A DNA stretch of 64,000 nucleotides from Candidatus Methanosuratincola verstraetei (GCA_049570475.1 CP186953.1:1440080-1504079); one strand, 5' to 3'; shown: positions 18,517 through 28,915, counted from the first letter of the stretch. Made by a program: numbers and translations. Notes: generated by a model not told the origin, from the sequence alone.

Positions 18517-20685
18517 GTGGTGTGTTTGGGGCGCGAACGCGGTTGGATATTGGACGCATACGTCAATGGAACAGAGGCGGTCGTCTGGATAAAGACCGAG
18601 GGCGGGCGGGCCCTGCGCTTGAGGGATCAGTACGCCCCGTTCTTCCACGTTCTCTGCAGCCCGGGATGCGAGGAAGGGATCGCTTACCAGATCTCCGAGT
18701 GCCCCGAGGTCAGGAGGGTCTGCGCTGAGGAGCTAATCCCGTCTTTTGGCGATCGCGCCAGGCAGATGTTGAAGGTAGAGACTTGGGGTCTGCACCTCCG
18801 GAGGCTGGCCTTTGCGGCAAAGCGGATCCCTGGGGTCGAAGCCGTCTACAACCTTCCCCTCAGCCACGTGCAGCGCTACCTCTTCACGAGGCTCAGGGCA
18901 GAGCCAACTTCTAGGGTCGAGGCTGACTTCGACGGGGACCGGCTTCTGGCAGTCAGGAAGCTGGATGACGAGGAGGGGCTGGCGCCTCCGCCCTTCAGCC
19001 TGGCTGCTTTCGCCCCCAGGATGGAGAGGCGTGGCGGTCGGTGGGAATTGAGGTCGGTCCGATGCACTTCCTGCGGGTACGAAGCATCCGGAGGCGAGGC
19101 GCACGTCCTGGAATCATTTTTTGACCATCTCGCCTCCGAGGATCCTGACCTCGTCCTGATCCCCGATCTGGACAGGCGGTTTTACCCTTCGATACAGTGG
19201 CTTTCAAAGGAGGAAGGGGTGCCGCTCAGGCTGGGGAGGTGCGGCGATCCTTACAAGCGCCTCCAAGGGTCTGCAGCGGGCAGGGTCTTCCTAGGCTCAG
19301 TCTTCTACGGGTTCAGCGCCGACAGGTGGGGCATTGCCGGCCTAGTTGAGCGATCCAGGTTCGCATTCGCCACGATGGGGCAGGCGACGAGGTGGCTCAG
19401 CAATAGGGCGATCGACTCCAGGACATCGTTCGAGCTGATCAGCAGGGGGCATGCGGTGCCTGAGGAGGACTACAGGGAGTGCGCAAGGCCGCTGGGCGAG
19501 CTCGCTGCAAGGGACCGGGGCGGGATCACCTTCACCCCCGTACCGGGAATGCTCTACGAGAACGTTGCCGCCCTCGACTTCGACTCCCAATACCCCAGCC
19601 TGATCCTGAGGGACGGGATCAGCTACGAGAGCCCATACGGGAGCGGGGGCAGCACCGGCGATGCAGGGGCCCCCTGCGCCGGCGACGGCAGGGGCAAGCC
19701 GATCCTCGGGTCCGTGATCGAAGAGTGGCTCAGGAGGCGGCTCGCGCTGAAACGCCTCCGCAGGACCCTTGCAGAAGGAACGGACGATCGGAGGTTCTGC
19801 GAGGAGCGGATAAGCGCGATCAAGATGATACTCGTCACTATATACGGGGTCTCGGGGTGCTGCAGGAACCGCTTCGGGAACCCTGTTGTCTTCGAGGAGA
19901 TCAACCGGAGATCCAGGGAGGCGATGGTGGCTGCCAAGAGGATCGCCGACGCAAAGGGATTCCGCGTTATCTATGCCGATGTCGACTCGATCTTCGTTAC
20001 CAGGCGAGGTGCGTCCATTTCCGAATACGCGGACCTAGCTGGCACCATCGGGTCAGAGACCGGGCTCTCCATTTCGATCGACCGCCACTTCAAGTTCTTG
20101 GCATTCCCGAGGCTCAGGCGAGACCCGTCCTCTTCAGCGCTGAAGCGGTACTTCGGCGTGACCTACGACGGCGAGGTCGTGGCGCGGGGCATAGAGATGC
20201 GGAGGGGGGACATGCCGGGGGTGGTTAGGAGGTTCCAGGAGGGGCTGATAAGGGAGGTCTTCTCCTGCAGGGACTCTGAGGAAGTCCTCTCCTTGGGCGT
20301 CTGTCGGGGGAGGGCCCTTCTCAGGAGAGCCCTCAGGGAGATCAGCGCTGGCATGCCCTGCAAGGAAGGCCTTGTGGTCAGGAGGCGCCTGGGGAAGGAT
20401 CCAGGATCCTACAAGGTGAGCACAGCTGAGCGCTCTGCGGCCCTCCAGCTTCTCGCCCTCGGGAAGGGTGCCTCTCCAGGCGAAGAGGTCGAGTTCGTCC
20501 GATCCAGCGCCTCCCACCAGAACCCCTTGTGCAGGGTAAGGATCCCGGATCTCTTCAGCGGCAACTTCGACAGGGCATATTATGGAAGGCTCTTGACCGA
20601 GGCTGCCAGGGTTGTATTCGAGAGCATCGGCGCCGGTGAGGTCGCTGACAGGCAGCAGGCAAGCCTGGTGCAGTGGATGGGTTAG
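18517..20685 (+). CDS. polB: Family B DNA polymerase, compact, with degenerate 3'-5' exonuclease motifs (PolB2-like)
   Basis: Motif A DFDSQYPSL, motif B-like KMILVTIYGVSG, motif C YADVDS and a KRY motif are present. Exo I (FDIET) is replaced by FAPRM and Exo II is degenerate. At 722 aa it is short for a replicative PolB. Confidence 0.75.
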   Translation: MVCLGRERGWILDAYVNGTEAVVWIKTEGGRALRLRDQYAPFFHVLCSPGCEEGIAYQISECPEVRRVCAEELIPSFGDRARQMLKVETWGLHLRRLAFAAKRIPGVEAVYNLPLSHVQRYLFTRLRAEPTSRVEADFDGDRLLAVRKLDDEEGLAPPPFSLAAFAPRMERRGGRWELRSVRCTSCGYEASGGEAHVLESFFDHLASEDPDLVLIPDLDRRFYPSIQWLSKEEGVPLRLGRCGDPYKRLQGSAAGRVFLGSVFYGFSADRWGIAGLVERSRFAFATMGQATRWLSNRAIDSRTSFELISRGHAVPEEDYRECARPLGELAARDRGGITFTPVPGMLYENVAALDFDSQYPSLILRDGISYESPYGSGGSTGDAGAPCAGDGRGKPILGSVIEEWLRRRLALKRLRRTLAEGTDDRRFCEERISAIKMILVTIYGVSGCCRNRFGNPVVFEEINRRSREAMVAAKRIADAKGFRVIYADVDSIFVTRRGASISEYADLAGTIGSETGLSISIDRHFKFLAFPRLRRDPSSSALKRYFGVTYDGEVVARGIEMRRGDMPGVVRRFQEGLIREVFSCRDSEEVLSLGVCRGRALLRRALREISAGMPCKEGLVVRRRLGKDPGSYKVSTAERSAALQLLALGKGASPGEEVEFVRSSASHQNPLCRVRIPDLFSGNFDRAYYGRLLTEAARVVFESIGAGEVADRQQASLVQWMG

Positions 20686-20887
20686 CCCCAAACTAGCCAT
20701 TTCCCCCCTCAAATCATAATGGTTTGGAATCGAGGGGTTTTCGGGCAGAATGGGGATCCCTCTAGACGGCTTATATCCATGGTTGTTGGGGCGCCTCATG
20801 GGCTTGATTAGCTGCCTTTTCAATCACGGGCTGCAATTCGATCCCTGCTGATCGAAAAGCGAATTGGGTTCAAAGCAATAATATTTT

Positions 20888-22339
20888 ATGAATTTCTTGG
20901 CAAATTTTATTAGCCATCTTTGCGCATATACAATCATGATCAGCACAGCTGACCTTGCCGTCATAGCTGCCTACATGGTCGTTGTCTTCTTAATAGGAGT
21001 CATATACCGGAAGTCCGGTTCTACATACGAATACATGGTCGCTGGAGGTCGCATGGGCTTCCTCTCTTCATATTCGACTTTTGCTGCAACGGCGATAGGT
21101 GCAGGCTTCGCGATGGGGATCATCGGCAACGTGTACCGATTGGGCATTTCTGGGGCTTGGACGCTGTTGGCATTCGGGTTCGGGTTCGCGATGATATACC
21201 TCCTGATGCCGAGGGTAAGGCGCCTTGGCGAGAAGTACCGGTTCACCACCCTCCCGGAGATGGTAGGCAAGAGGATGGGGAGGGGCGTCCGGGTGCTCGC
21301 GGGAATAGTTACGGTGGCGGGCATCTCAGGATTCATAGCCGACAACTTCGTGGGTCTCGGGACGATCTTCAAAGTATACTTCGGCATAGACCTCTGGGTC
21401 GGGATACTTGTGGCTGCGGCCATAACTGCCTTTTACACCGTGCTAGGCGGTCAGGTTGCAGTCATCAGGACGGACATGATACAGTGGGCAATAGCGGCAT
21501 TCGGGATTGCGTTCATTGTGTTGCCGCTGGCCCTGGCAAGCGCAGGAGGCTGGGAAAAAATCGCCTCGACCCTCCCCCCTGATCGCCTGAGCCTTTCATC
21601 CCTCTCAGCTTACGCAATAGCCGGCGGGCTGACCTCAATGGTCTTTGGGGTCCAGTTCCAGAACCACTTGGTGCAGAGGCAGTGGGTCGCCAAGGACAGG
21701 AAGGTGCTGCTTAGGTCGGCAGTCCTTGCAAACCTTACATTCTTCCTCTGGGCAGCCGTCTGCACAGTGATAGGTCTTGCGGGCGCAGTGGTCTTCCCAA
21801 GCCTCTCTTCAGCGCAGTCGCTCCTTCCTCTCGTGGTGAACGAGGTCGTGCCCGCGGGCCTCAGCGGCTTCGTCATCGCCGCCCTCCTCTCAATCATAAT
21901 GTCGAGCGTGGACTCCTTCCTGATTGGGGTCTCCTCGAGCCTCTCGAAGGACATAGTGGGCGTTGCCTTCCCGGATATGGACGACAGGCGGATGCTCCAG
22001 GTGACCAGGCTGAGCGCCCTGCTACTGACGCTCCTTGCGGTCGGGATCGCGATCCTCTACCCAGACATCCTGGGTCTGATAGTGGCTTTCTTCTCCACGA
22101 TTGCAAGCGGGCTCGGGGTGCCGGTTCTTGCAACGCTCTTCTGGAGGAGGGCTACGCCCCCGGGAGTCGCGGCTGGGATAATGGCAGGATCTATAGTGGC
22201 GCTCTACCTCCGCCTGACCGCATCGCCGTTCGATCCATCGCTTGTAGGGGTCCCTGTGAGCCTCGCAGCGACCGTGCTCGTCAGCCTTGCAACGAAGCCC
22301 CAGCCGAAGCCGCTGATCGACGAGTACTTCGGAAAATGA
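20888..22339 (+). CDS. Sodium:solute symporter family (SSS) transporter
   Basis: 483 aa, about 13 TM helices; SSS-like N-terminal region. Confidence 0.7.
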   Translation: MNFLANFISHLCAYTIMISTADLAVIAAYMVVVFLIGVIYRKSGSTYEYMVAGGRMGFLSSYSTFAATAIGAGFAMGIIGNVYRLGISGAWTLLAFGFGFAMIYLLMPRVRRLGEKYRFTTLPEMVGKRMGRGVRVLAGIVTVAGISGFIADNFVGLGTIFKVYFGIDLWVGILVAAAITAFYTVLGGQVAVIRTDMIQWAIAAFGIAFIVLPLALASAGGWEKIASTLPPDRLSLSSLSAYAIAGGLTSMVFGVQFQNHLVQRQWVAKDRKVLLRSAVLANLTFFLWAAVCTVIGLAGAVVFPSLSSAQSLLPLVVNEVVPAGLSGFVIAALLSIIMSSVDSFLIGVSSSLSKDIVGVAFPDMDDRRMLQVTRLSALLLTLLAVGIAILYPDILGLIVAFFSTIASGLGVPVLATLFWRRATPPGVAAGIMAGSIVALYLRLTASPFDPSLVGVPVSLAATVLVSLATKPQPKPLIDEYFGK

Positions 22340-23364
22340 CGGAAACTGGAAAAAATGGAGTAAAAGAGGTAACTGGAATGAAATTCAGCAGGAGAAGAAA
22401 AGTCCTGGTCTCAGCGCTTGCAATCGCCCTGATTGTGTTTCTGGTGGTGCCTTTCCTGATACCGATCCCGCCGCTCACGGGCACATTCCCCTCAGACAGG
22501 CTCGGGAAATCCGACAGCCGTTTCGCTGTAGTGAACGGGATAAAAGTGCATTACAAGATGTACGGGTCGGGAGAGCCCGTGGTCATCCTCATGCATGGCT
22601 TCGGGGCCTATTCTTTCTCATTCGATCCTGTAATGCAGCCCCTCTCCGAATACGGGACGGTCATCGCGTTCGACAGGCCAGCGTTCGGATTCACCGAGCG
22701 CCCAATACTGGACACTTGGGAAGGCCCCAACCCCTACACGAACGAGTTCGCGGCTGACCTTGCGGTAGGCCTCATGGACGAGCTGGGGATAGGCAAGGCG
22801 ATCCTGGTCGGGCATTCTGCCGGGGGCGCTGTCGCAATCCTCACGTACTACCGCCACCCCGAGAGGGTGAGCGCGTTGATACTCGAGGACGCCGCAGTCT
22901 ACGGCGGAGGGGTGCCCTGGTACATCGGGCTATTCCTGTGGCTGCCGCAGGTCCAGAGGCTCGGTCCGCTCCTGGTCAGGGGGATCGCTGGGGATAGCGG
23001 GATAAGCACAATTTACCTCGCGTGGCACGACGACTCCAAGATAACCCCGGACATAATAGAGGGCTACCGTAGGCCGCTGATGGCTGATGGATGGGACTAT
23101 GCCCTCTGGCAGTACACGCTCGCCTCGGGTGGGTCGGACCTTAAATCGAACCTGAGCAGAATCTCGGTCCCCGTTCTGGTAATGACAGGTTCCGATGACA
23201 AGATAGTCCCGCCCGACAACGCAATCCGCCTCTCCGAGGAGATCCCTGGTTCTTCCCTAGTCGTGATACCTGACTGCGGGCACATCCCCCACGAAGAAAC
23301 CCCTCAAGAGTTCTTGGGGGCAGTGATCTCTTTCATGCGATCAAGTGGTCTGGCAGCTCGCTGA
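22336..23364 (+). CDS. Alpha/beta hydrolase
   Basis: HGFG oxyanion motif, nucleophile elbow GHSAGG, C-terminal DCGH. Confidence 0.75.
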   Translation: MTETGKNGVKEVTGMKFSRRRKVLVSALAIALIVFLVVPFLIPIPPLTGTFPSDRLGKSDSRFAVVNGIKVHYKMYGSGEPVVILMHGFGAYSFSFDPVMQPLSEYGTVIAFDRPAFGFTERPILDTWEGPNPYTNEFAADLAVGLMDELGIGKAILVGHSAGGAVAILTYYRHPERVSALILEDAAVYGGGVPWYIGLFLWLPQVQRLGPLLVRGIAGDSGISTIYLAWHDDSKITPDIIEGYRRPLMADGWDYALWQYTLASGGSDLKSNLSRISVPVLVMTGSDDKIVPPDNAIRLSEEIPGSSLVVIPDCGHIPHEETPQEFLGAVISFMRSSGLAAR

Positions 23365-23450
23365 CACCAAGCGACTGCCAAGGTTTTTCTATCACGCCTG
23401 CGTAAGTGATCATGCGCTCTGCGCGCGGAACGCATGTTTAGCCGTGGTAG

Positions 23451-24719
23451 ATGATATTGATAGTACTCAAGGACAAAAAAGATTATGATCGGCTCGAACC
23501 CGAGTTCAGGGACAAGGTGAACTCGTACATCTGCTTTGCGAGGTGGTACGTCCCCTACTACAGGCGGTCTCTGCAGGACTTCTGCGCGGACTTCAGCAGG
23601 TACTACGAGATGCCGCTTACTAAGGACGACAGCCTATCGTCCGACCCGCTCTCCTTCGTGGCATTCCAGGACAGGGTTGTCCGCGCGACTACCTCAGGGG
23701 GGACGTCGGGGAAGCGGAAGATGATCTTCAGGACCGAAGAGGATCTCGATCGGAGCGTCGATACTGTGGCGAAGGTATTCCGCGGGGCTGGCGTGAAGAG
23801 GGGTGACAGGATAGCTATCCTGCAGCCTTTCGACATGTGGAACACCGGGCACCATGCGATGGCGGCTTTCCAGCGGATCGGGGCGCTGAGCTTCCCTTTG
23901 GGCCTCTCCGGGACGGACGAGTACGTTCTCTGGATCCTGGAGAAGCTCTGCTGCAACGTCATATTCGCAACCCCGTCCCGCGCCTCATTCTTAGCCTCGC
24001 TGCATAAGGGAGGGCTGTGCCTGGAGAGGGTGCTCTGCACCGGCGAGCCGATACTTGAGGCGCACCGCGAGTCGGTCAGGAAGGCGTGGGGAGCCGAGAT
24101 CTTCGGTACCTACGGCACCGAGGAGGTCGATGGGATAGCCTACGAGTGCGCGGCTCACGACGGCTACCACCTTGTGGACGAGGACCTCATCGTTGAGATT
24201 CTTGACCCTGAGACGCTCATGCCTGCAGGGGGGCGTACCGGGCTTCTTGTCCTGAGCAAGATAAACCGCACCGGGACTGTGCTGTTGAGGTATTCCGTCG
24301 GCGACATCGTTGAGGTCGACGAGAAGCCCTGCAGGTGCGGGTCCAGCATGCCCAGGATCAAGTTCATCAGGAGGGCTTCCGAGATCATCTACCTCTACAA
24401 CGGGCTGAAGATCTCCCTGCAGCCAATCGAGGGAGCCATAAGGTCCGTGCTCGGGTACGTGCCGCTATACCAGATCATCCTGGAAGGGAGTGGCGGGAAA
24501 GAGGTCATGACGCTGGTTATCCAGAAGGGCGGATCCGACGAGGTTCGCGATCGAGTCTTGAGGTCCTTCCTCTCCTCGATCCCTGACCTTGAGGAGGCTT
24601 ACGCCTTGGACAAGACCATTGAGATCAAGGTAGTTCTTGACGCATCCTTCTCCTCATTCTCAATGACCGGGAGGGGCAAGCTGCCAAGGGTGGTCGACCG
24701 GAGGAAACCCCAGCCTTAG
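23451..24719 (+). CDS. Phenylacetate-CoA ligase family adenylate-forming enzyme (PaaK / F390 synthetase-like)
   Basis: TSGGTSGKRK P-loop-like AMP-binding motif; length and architecture fit the PaaK-like ANL superfamily. Confidence 0.55.
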   Translation: MILIVLKDKKDYDRLEPEFRDKVNSYICFARWYVPYYRRSLQDFCADFSRYYEMPLTKDDSLSSDPLSFVAFQDRVVRATTSGGTSGKRKMIFRTEEDLDRSVDTVAKVFRGAGVKRGDRIAILQPFDMWNTGHHAMAAFQRIGALSFPLGLSGTDEYVLWILEKLCCNVIFATPSRASFLASLHKGGLCLERVLCTGEPILEAHRESVRKAWGAEIFGTYGTEEVDGIAYECAAHDGYHLVDEDLIVEILDPETLMPAGGRTGLLVLSKINRTGTVLLRYSVGDIVEVDEKPCRCGSSMPRIKFIRRASEIIYLYNGLKISLQPIEGAIRSVLGYVPLYQIILEGSGGKEVMTLVIQKGGSDEVRDRVLRSFLSSIPDLEEAYALDKTIEIKVVLDASFSSFSMTGRGKLPRVVDRRKPQP

Positions 24720-24739
24720 GTGCGCCGATAGCCCTTGGC

Positions 24740-25318
24740 TCATCCTCTTCCATCTGGCGCATTGCCGCATCCCAGCTTCTCCGCCAGCTCCCTGAGGGCC
24801 TCGAGCAGCTCCACAAGCTTCTCCCTGGTCCTGGCGTCGGCTATCTTCCCGTCTGCGCCGAACTTCTTCTCTGCATTAGGGACAAAGAGCTCCGGGTACA
24901 CCAGCGCATGCATACCTAGCCCGACGCATATCTGCCTCAGGTGGTACTGCGCCCTCGATGTTCCCATCGATCCCGTGGAAGCCCCTGCGATCGCAACAGG
25001 CTTGCCTTCGAAAGGGCTCTCCTCAAATGGCCTGGATGCCCAGTCGATCGCATTCTTGAGGACGCCTGGGACCGAATAGTTGTATTCAGGGGTGCAGAAC
25101 AACAGCGCATCGGCTGACCTTACCTTCTCCTTCAGCGCTACGACCCTCTCGGGAGGCGCGTTCTCGAGATCCTGGTTGAACGGCGGTATGCCCTCCAGAT
25201 CAAAGATCTCGACCTCGATCCCATTTGGGGCGAGATCCCTCGCGTTGAGCGCGAGCGCCCTGTTGAAAGACCCTCTCCTGAGGCTACCGGGGATTGCCAA
25301 GACCTTCATGCGAACCAT
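24740..25318 (-). CDS. NADPH-dependent FMN reductase (ArsH/SsuE-like flavodoxin fold)
   Basis: N-terminal KVLAIPGSLRRGSFN motif; lies divergent from the ACR3 gene. Confidence 0.7.
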   Translation of the reverse strand: MVRMKVLAIPGSLRRGSFNRALALNARDLAPNGIEVEIFDLEGIPPFNQDLENAPPERVVALKEKVRSADALLFCTPEYNYSVPGVLKNAIDWASRPFEESPFEGKPVAIAGASTGSMGTSRAQYHLRQICVGLGMHALVYPELFVPNAEKKFGADGKIADARTREKLVELLEALRELAEKLGCGNAPDGRG

Positions 25319-25391
25319 CAGATAATTGATATCCGCACAGCAAATAAATTATTAGCGGACCCCCTGTGTTGGTCGCGTTTCCAGGTCGATA

Positions 25392-25439
25392 CCCTTATAT
25401 ATTCAAATTCACAATTATCGATTAATATTACATTGTAAT
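25392..25439 (+). promoter_or_regulatory. TATA-like box plus perfect 6-bp inverted repeat (ATTACA-T-TGTAAT) upstream of the ACR3 gene
   Basis: CCTTATATATTC at 25392-25404 and the palindrome at 25427-25439 between the TATA box and the start codon at 25452. Confidence 0.4.
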
Positions 25440-25451
25440 GAGGCAATCCTG

Positions 25452-26501
25452 ATGTCTGAGGTAAAGTTCGGGATATGGGAAAAATACCTTAGCGTATGGG
25501 TATTCCTTTTCATCGTGGTTGGAATAGCCATAGGGAGGCTCTTCCCTGGCGTTTCTGACCTGCTCGGGCAGTTCTCAGTTGCGTACGTGAATGTGCCTAT
25601 CGCGATCTGCCTCTTCGCCATGATCTACCCAATAATGGTGCAGATTGACTTCAATGAAGTGATCAGGGCTGGGAAGACCATAAAGCCGATCGCGGCCACG
25701 CTCTTTGTGAACTGGGCGATAAAGCCCTTCACCATGGCTTTCTTCGGCTGGGCATTCCTGCTGGTGATGTTCTCGCCGTTCATACCCGATTCTCTGGCTG
25801 CGCAATACCAGTACGGGCTAATTCTGCTCGGCGTGGCCCCGTGCACAGCGATGGTCCTCGTGTGGAGCTACCTTGCAAGGGGGAACATGGGGCACACGCT
25901 GGTCATGGTTGCAATAAACTCGCTGACAATGGTTGCTCTGTACGCCCCCCTCGCGGTATTCCTGCTGGGCATATCTGGGATTTCTATCCCCTGGGAAACG
26001 ATAGGATTCGCAATAACAATGTACATACTGCTGCCGCTGATAGCGGGCTTCTACACGAGAAGGTATGCCCTCAGGAGGAAGGGTCTCGAGTGGCTCAACA
26101 CCTCCCTGAAGCCGAAGCTCGGAAGGGCGTCAATAATTGCCCTCCTTGTCACGCTGATCATCCTCTTCTCTACACAAGGCTATTTGATCCTCGAGCAGCC
26201 CCTGGTCATCGTCATGATCGCGTTGCCCATCTTCATCAACATACTCGTGATCTTCATAATAGCTTACGCCATATCGAAGCTGATTGGGCTCCCCTACGAG
26301 GATGCCGCACCCACGGCGCTCATCGGCGGGAGCAACCACTTTGAGGTAGCCATAGCGGTGGCAATAACCCTTTTCGGGCTCGAGTCTGGCGCCGCGCTCT
26401 CCACAGTGGTCGGGGTGCTCACGGAGGTCCCATTTATGCTGCTGCTGGTTTACCTCTGCAAGGCAACGAGAGGCTGGTTCAAGGCAAAGGATAGGGATTG
26501 A
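25452..26501 (+). CDS. acr3: Arsenite efflux transporter ACR3 family
   Basis: 349 aa, 10 TM helices; N-terminal region typical of ACR3. Confidence 0.75.
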   Translation: MSEVKFGIWEKYLSVWVFLFIVVGIAIGRLFPGVSDLLGQFSVAYVNVPIAICLFAMIYPIMVQIDFNEVIRAGKTIKPIAATLFVNWAIKPFTMAFFGWAFLLVMFSPFIPDSLAAQYQYGLILLGVAPCTAMVLVWSYLARGNMGHTLVMVAINSLTMVALYAPLAVFLLGISGISIPWETIGFAITMYILLPLIAGFYTRRYALRRKGLEWLNTSLKPKLGRASIIALLVTLIILFSTQGYLILEQPLVIVMIALPIFINILVIFIIAYAISKLIGLPYEDAAPTALIGGSNHFEVAIAVAITLFGLESGAALSTVVGVLTEVPFMLLLVYLCKATRGWFKAKDRD

Positions 26502-26534
26502 AATACATTTTATTTTTTTATACTACGGGCCGAA

Positions 26535-27735
26535 TTAGGTGAAGCCCCCTTGAAGCTTTAGTATATGAAAGAGTTCGCTCCCATTGAAACGCCCGAGCTT
26601 GCCCTTCGCTGCCGCAGCCTCGGAATACTCCTTCACGCCATCTGGGTTGAGTTTCCATCCTGATGCCACAACAGGAACAGGATCAGCAGTATGCCTCCGC
26701 AGCTCGGTGGATGTAACGTGGTCAGCAAGTACGGCAACAAGGCATTCTTTAAGTTCGATACGTTCCAGCAAGAATCCGATCATCTCGTCTATCCTCCTTA
26801 TCATTCTGATCTTTCCTTGGACGTCCCCATTGTGGCTGAGCTCATCGGTAGCCTCCACGTGCAGGAGTGCAAAGTCAAATTTCTCGAGGGCGTCCAACGC
26901 AGATCTCGCCTTAGAAATGAGATCCGTATCTGGCTTGCCTGTAGCTCCCTGCACTTGGGGCACATGCATCCCACATAACCTGCAAATCCCCTTGATTAGC
27001 GGCACAGCAGCAATCCCTGCCCCCTCCATCCCGTGCCTTTCATTAAAGCTGGGCAGCATCGGCGCCCTCCCCCCGCCCCAAGGGATCAGTGTGAAGCATC
27101 CAGCCGGGCTTTCCACCCTCAGCTTGCCACTGATTATTCTGGCGCTCAATTCCCTGAATTGATAAAGCACCTCGGCGGTCTTCTCCCCCCCAGATCCTGT
27201 TCCCCTCGGGCGATCCGGGAGGCAGCCCAGCCGCTTCGGTTGTGGGTAGGTGATTTCAGGAGCCGACCGCTTGCCCCGAAGGGTCAGAATTCCCCTGTAA
27301 CCCAGCGTAAACCTGAAGCTTGCCTCTATCCCTTCGAACCGATCCTGAAGCTCTTGGTTTATCTCTTTCTCAACCTCTGACCGGATCCCTTCGTCTAGCT
27401 CGACCTTTTCGTCTATTACAACCCCATCCGGGCTCAGCATGCAGAGGTTGCACCTATAAAAAGCGCCGTCAGGCTGCATCTCTATTCCTGCGCCAGCGGC
27501 CTCCAGCGGTCCGCGGCCTGTATAGTAGCGTCGCGGGTTGTACCCAAGGAAATTCAGGTGCGCAACATCGCTTCCTGGCGGAATGCCGGCGATTGGGGGA
27601 TCCATTAGACCGGAACGACCTGTTGCCGCGAGTGTATCCAAATTCTCTGCCCCCGCCGCTTGGAGCGGGGTCTTGCCGCCGAGATCGCCTATGGGCAGGT
27701 CGGCCATGCCGTCTGCGACTATGAGCAGAATCTGC
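26535..27735 (-). CDS. apgM: 2,3-bisphosphoglycerate-independent phosphoglycerate mutase, archaeal type
   Basis: N-terminal MQILLIVADGMADLP motif. The track ORF is extended upstream; the start was trimmed to the ATG at 27735. Confidence 0.7.
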
Positions 27736-27779
27736 ATACATTTTTTGATTTGTGGCAACAACTTTTTATATTTATGGTT

Positions 27780-27794
27780 GGATAATCCATCCTT
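27780..27794 (+). promoter_or_regulatory. GGATAATCCATCCTT motif 15 bp upstream of the btuF-like GTG start
   Basis: Exact 15-nt match to the motif at 37137-37151. Confidence 0.4.
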
Positions 27795-27808
27795 GAGAAA
27801 GAACGGGG

Positions 27809-28915
27809 GTGCCAAAAATAAAAACAATCGGTGCACTAGCCGTCATTGCTTTAGCAATAAGCCTAGTTACCGCTGCTTTGGTATTTTCAAACAACAGCAC
27901 TCTTTCTGCGCTCGACTCCCGGCTGATCGCAATGAACTCGACGCTAAACAATCTCAAGGGCGAACTTAGCTCTCTCCAGGATGAGCTGAATATAGTCAGG
28001 GCTTCCTATTACCCTCTCGTGATTGAAGATGCGCTGGGAAGGGTAGTGACGATAAAATCAGAACCAACAAGGATAGTCTCTGGAGCGCCGTCAATCACCG
28101 AGACCCTCTTTGCGCTAGGGCTTTCAAGCAGAGTAGTGGGCGCCGATTCATACTCGAATTACCCAAGCGAGTTTCTCCAGCTGAAGGCGCAGGGCAAGAT
28201 AGCAATTGTAGGCGGGGTCACGACGCTAGACCCTGAAAAAGTTGCTGCCCAGAAGCCAGATCTCGTTGTCATAGATGCAAGCCTCCAAGGCAAGTTCATC
28301 CCTGCGCTCGAAAGCCTGGGGCTTACGGTTGTAGCGCTTGATACAAAGAGCGTCGAAAGCGCAAAGAGCAACTTCCAGTTGCTTGCAAAGATAACGTACA
28401 AGCTGAGCGAAGGCGTAAGAATAGTGGACCGGCTTAACACAGCCATCCAGAACGTCTCTGGGAAAGTCTCTGGGTCAAGTCCAACAAAAGTGCTCTTCGT
28501 GGTTTGGCATGACCCTATGTATGCCGCCGGAAACGGAACATACCTGGGGGAATTGATCTCGATTGCAGGCGGAGTAAATATTGCAGGCAACAGGACTGGA
28601 TGGGTCGTTGTAAATCCTGAGCAGGTAGTAGCTGCAAACCCTGACGTATTGATAATGAGCTCGATGTCTCTGCCAATGAATCCAGAACAGGTTTTTGCTT
28701 ATTTCAGATCGCTGCCCGGATTCGAAAATGTCAATGCGGTGAGGAATAACAGGGTTTACATTCTTACTGAGGATGCTTCGAACGCGTTGGAGAGGGCAGG
28801 ACCGAGGCTGGTCGATGGCGTTTACATACTGGGATACATACTCCATCCCGAAGCCTTCAAGGTCCAGCTGCCAAACGTGCTCGCCGGGAACTACACAAGC
28901 TATTTGGGGAGATAG
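27809..28915 (+). CDS. ABC transporter periplasmic-type substrate-binding protein (BtuF/FecB cluster, corrinoid/siderophore)
   Basis: GTG start, signal/TM anchor, class III SBP fold; first gene of the cobamide operon. Confidence 0.7.
   Translation: MPKIKTIGALAVIALAISLVTAALVFSNNSTLSALDSRLIAMNSTLNNLKGELSSLQDELNIVRASYYPLVIEDALGRVVTIKSEPTRIVSGAPSITETLFALGLSSRVVGADSYSNYPSEFLQLKAQGKIAIVGGVTTLDPEKVAAQKPDLVVIDASLQGKFIPALESLGLTVVALDTKSVESAKSNFQLLAKITYKLSEGVRIVDRLNTAIQNVSGKVSGSSPTKVLFVVWHDPMYAAGNGTYLGELISIAGGVNIAGNRTGWVVVNPEQVVAANPDVLIMSSMSLPMNPEQVFAYFRSLPGFENVNAVRNNRVYILTEDASNALERAGPRLVDGVYILGYILHPEAFKVQLPNVLAGNYTSYLGR

Noticed and set aside
19479-20823. ORFs 19479..20228 (+) and 20134..20823 (-) overlapping polB
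   Set aside because: The translations are Arg/Pro-rich with low complexity and no motifs; the polB frame contains motifs A, B and C.
27725-27808. Possible cobalamin riboswitch upstream of btuF
   Set aside because: The leader is under 85 nt and AT-rich, with no B12-box-like element recognisable. A TATA box plus the shared DNA motif explain the region better.
27736-27836. N-terminal 33 codons of the track ORF for apgM overlapping the btuF-like start
   Set aside because: The ApgM family N-terminus begins at the internal Met (MQILLIVADGMADLP); the extension runs through the divergent promoter region.
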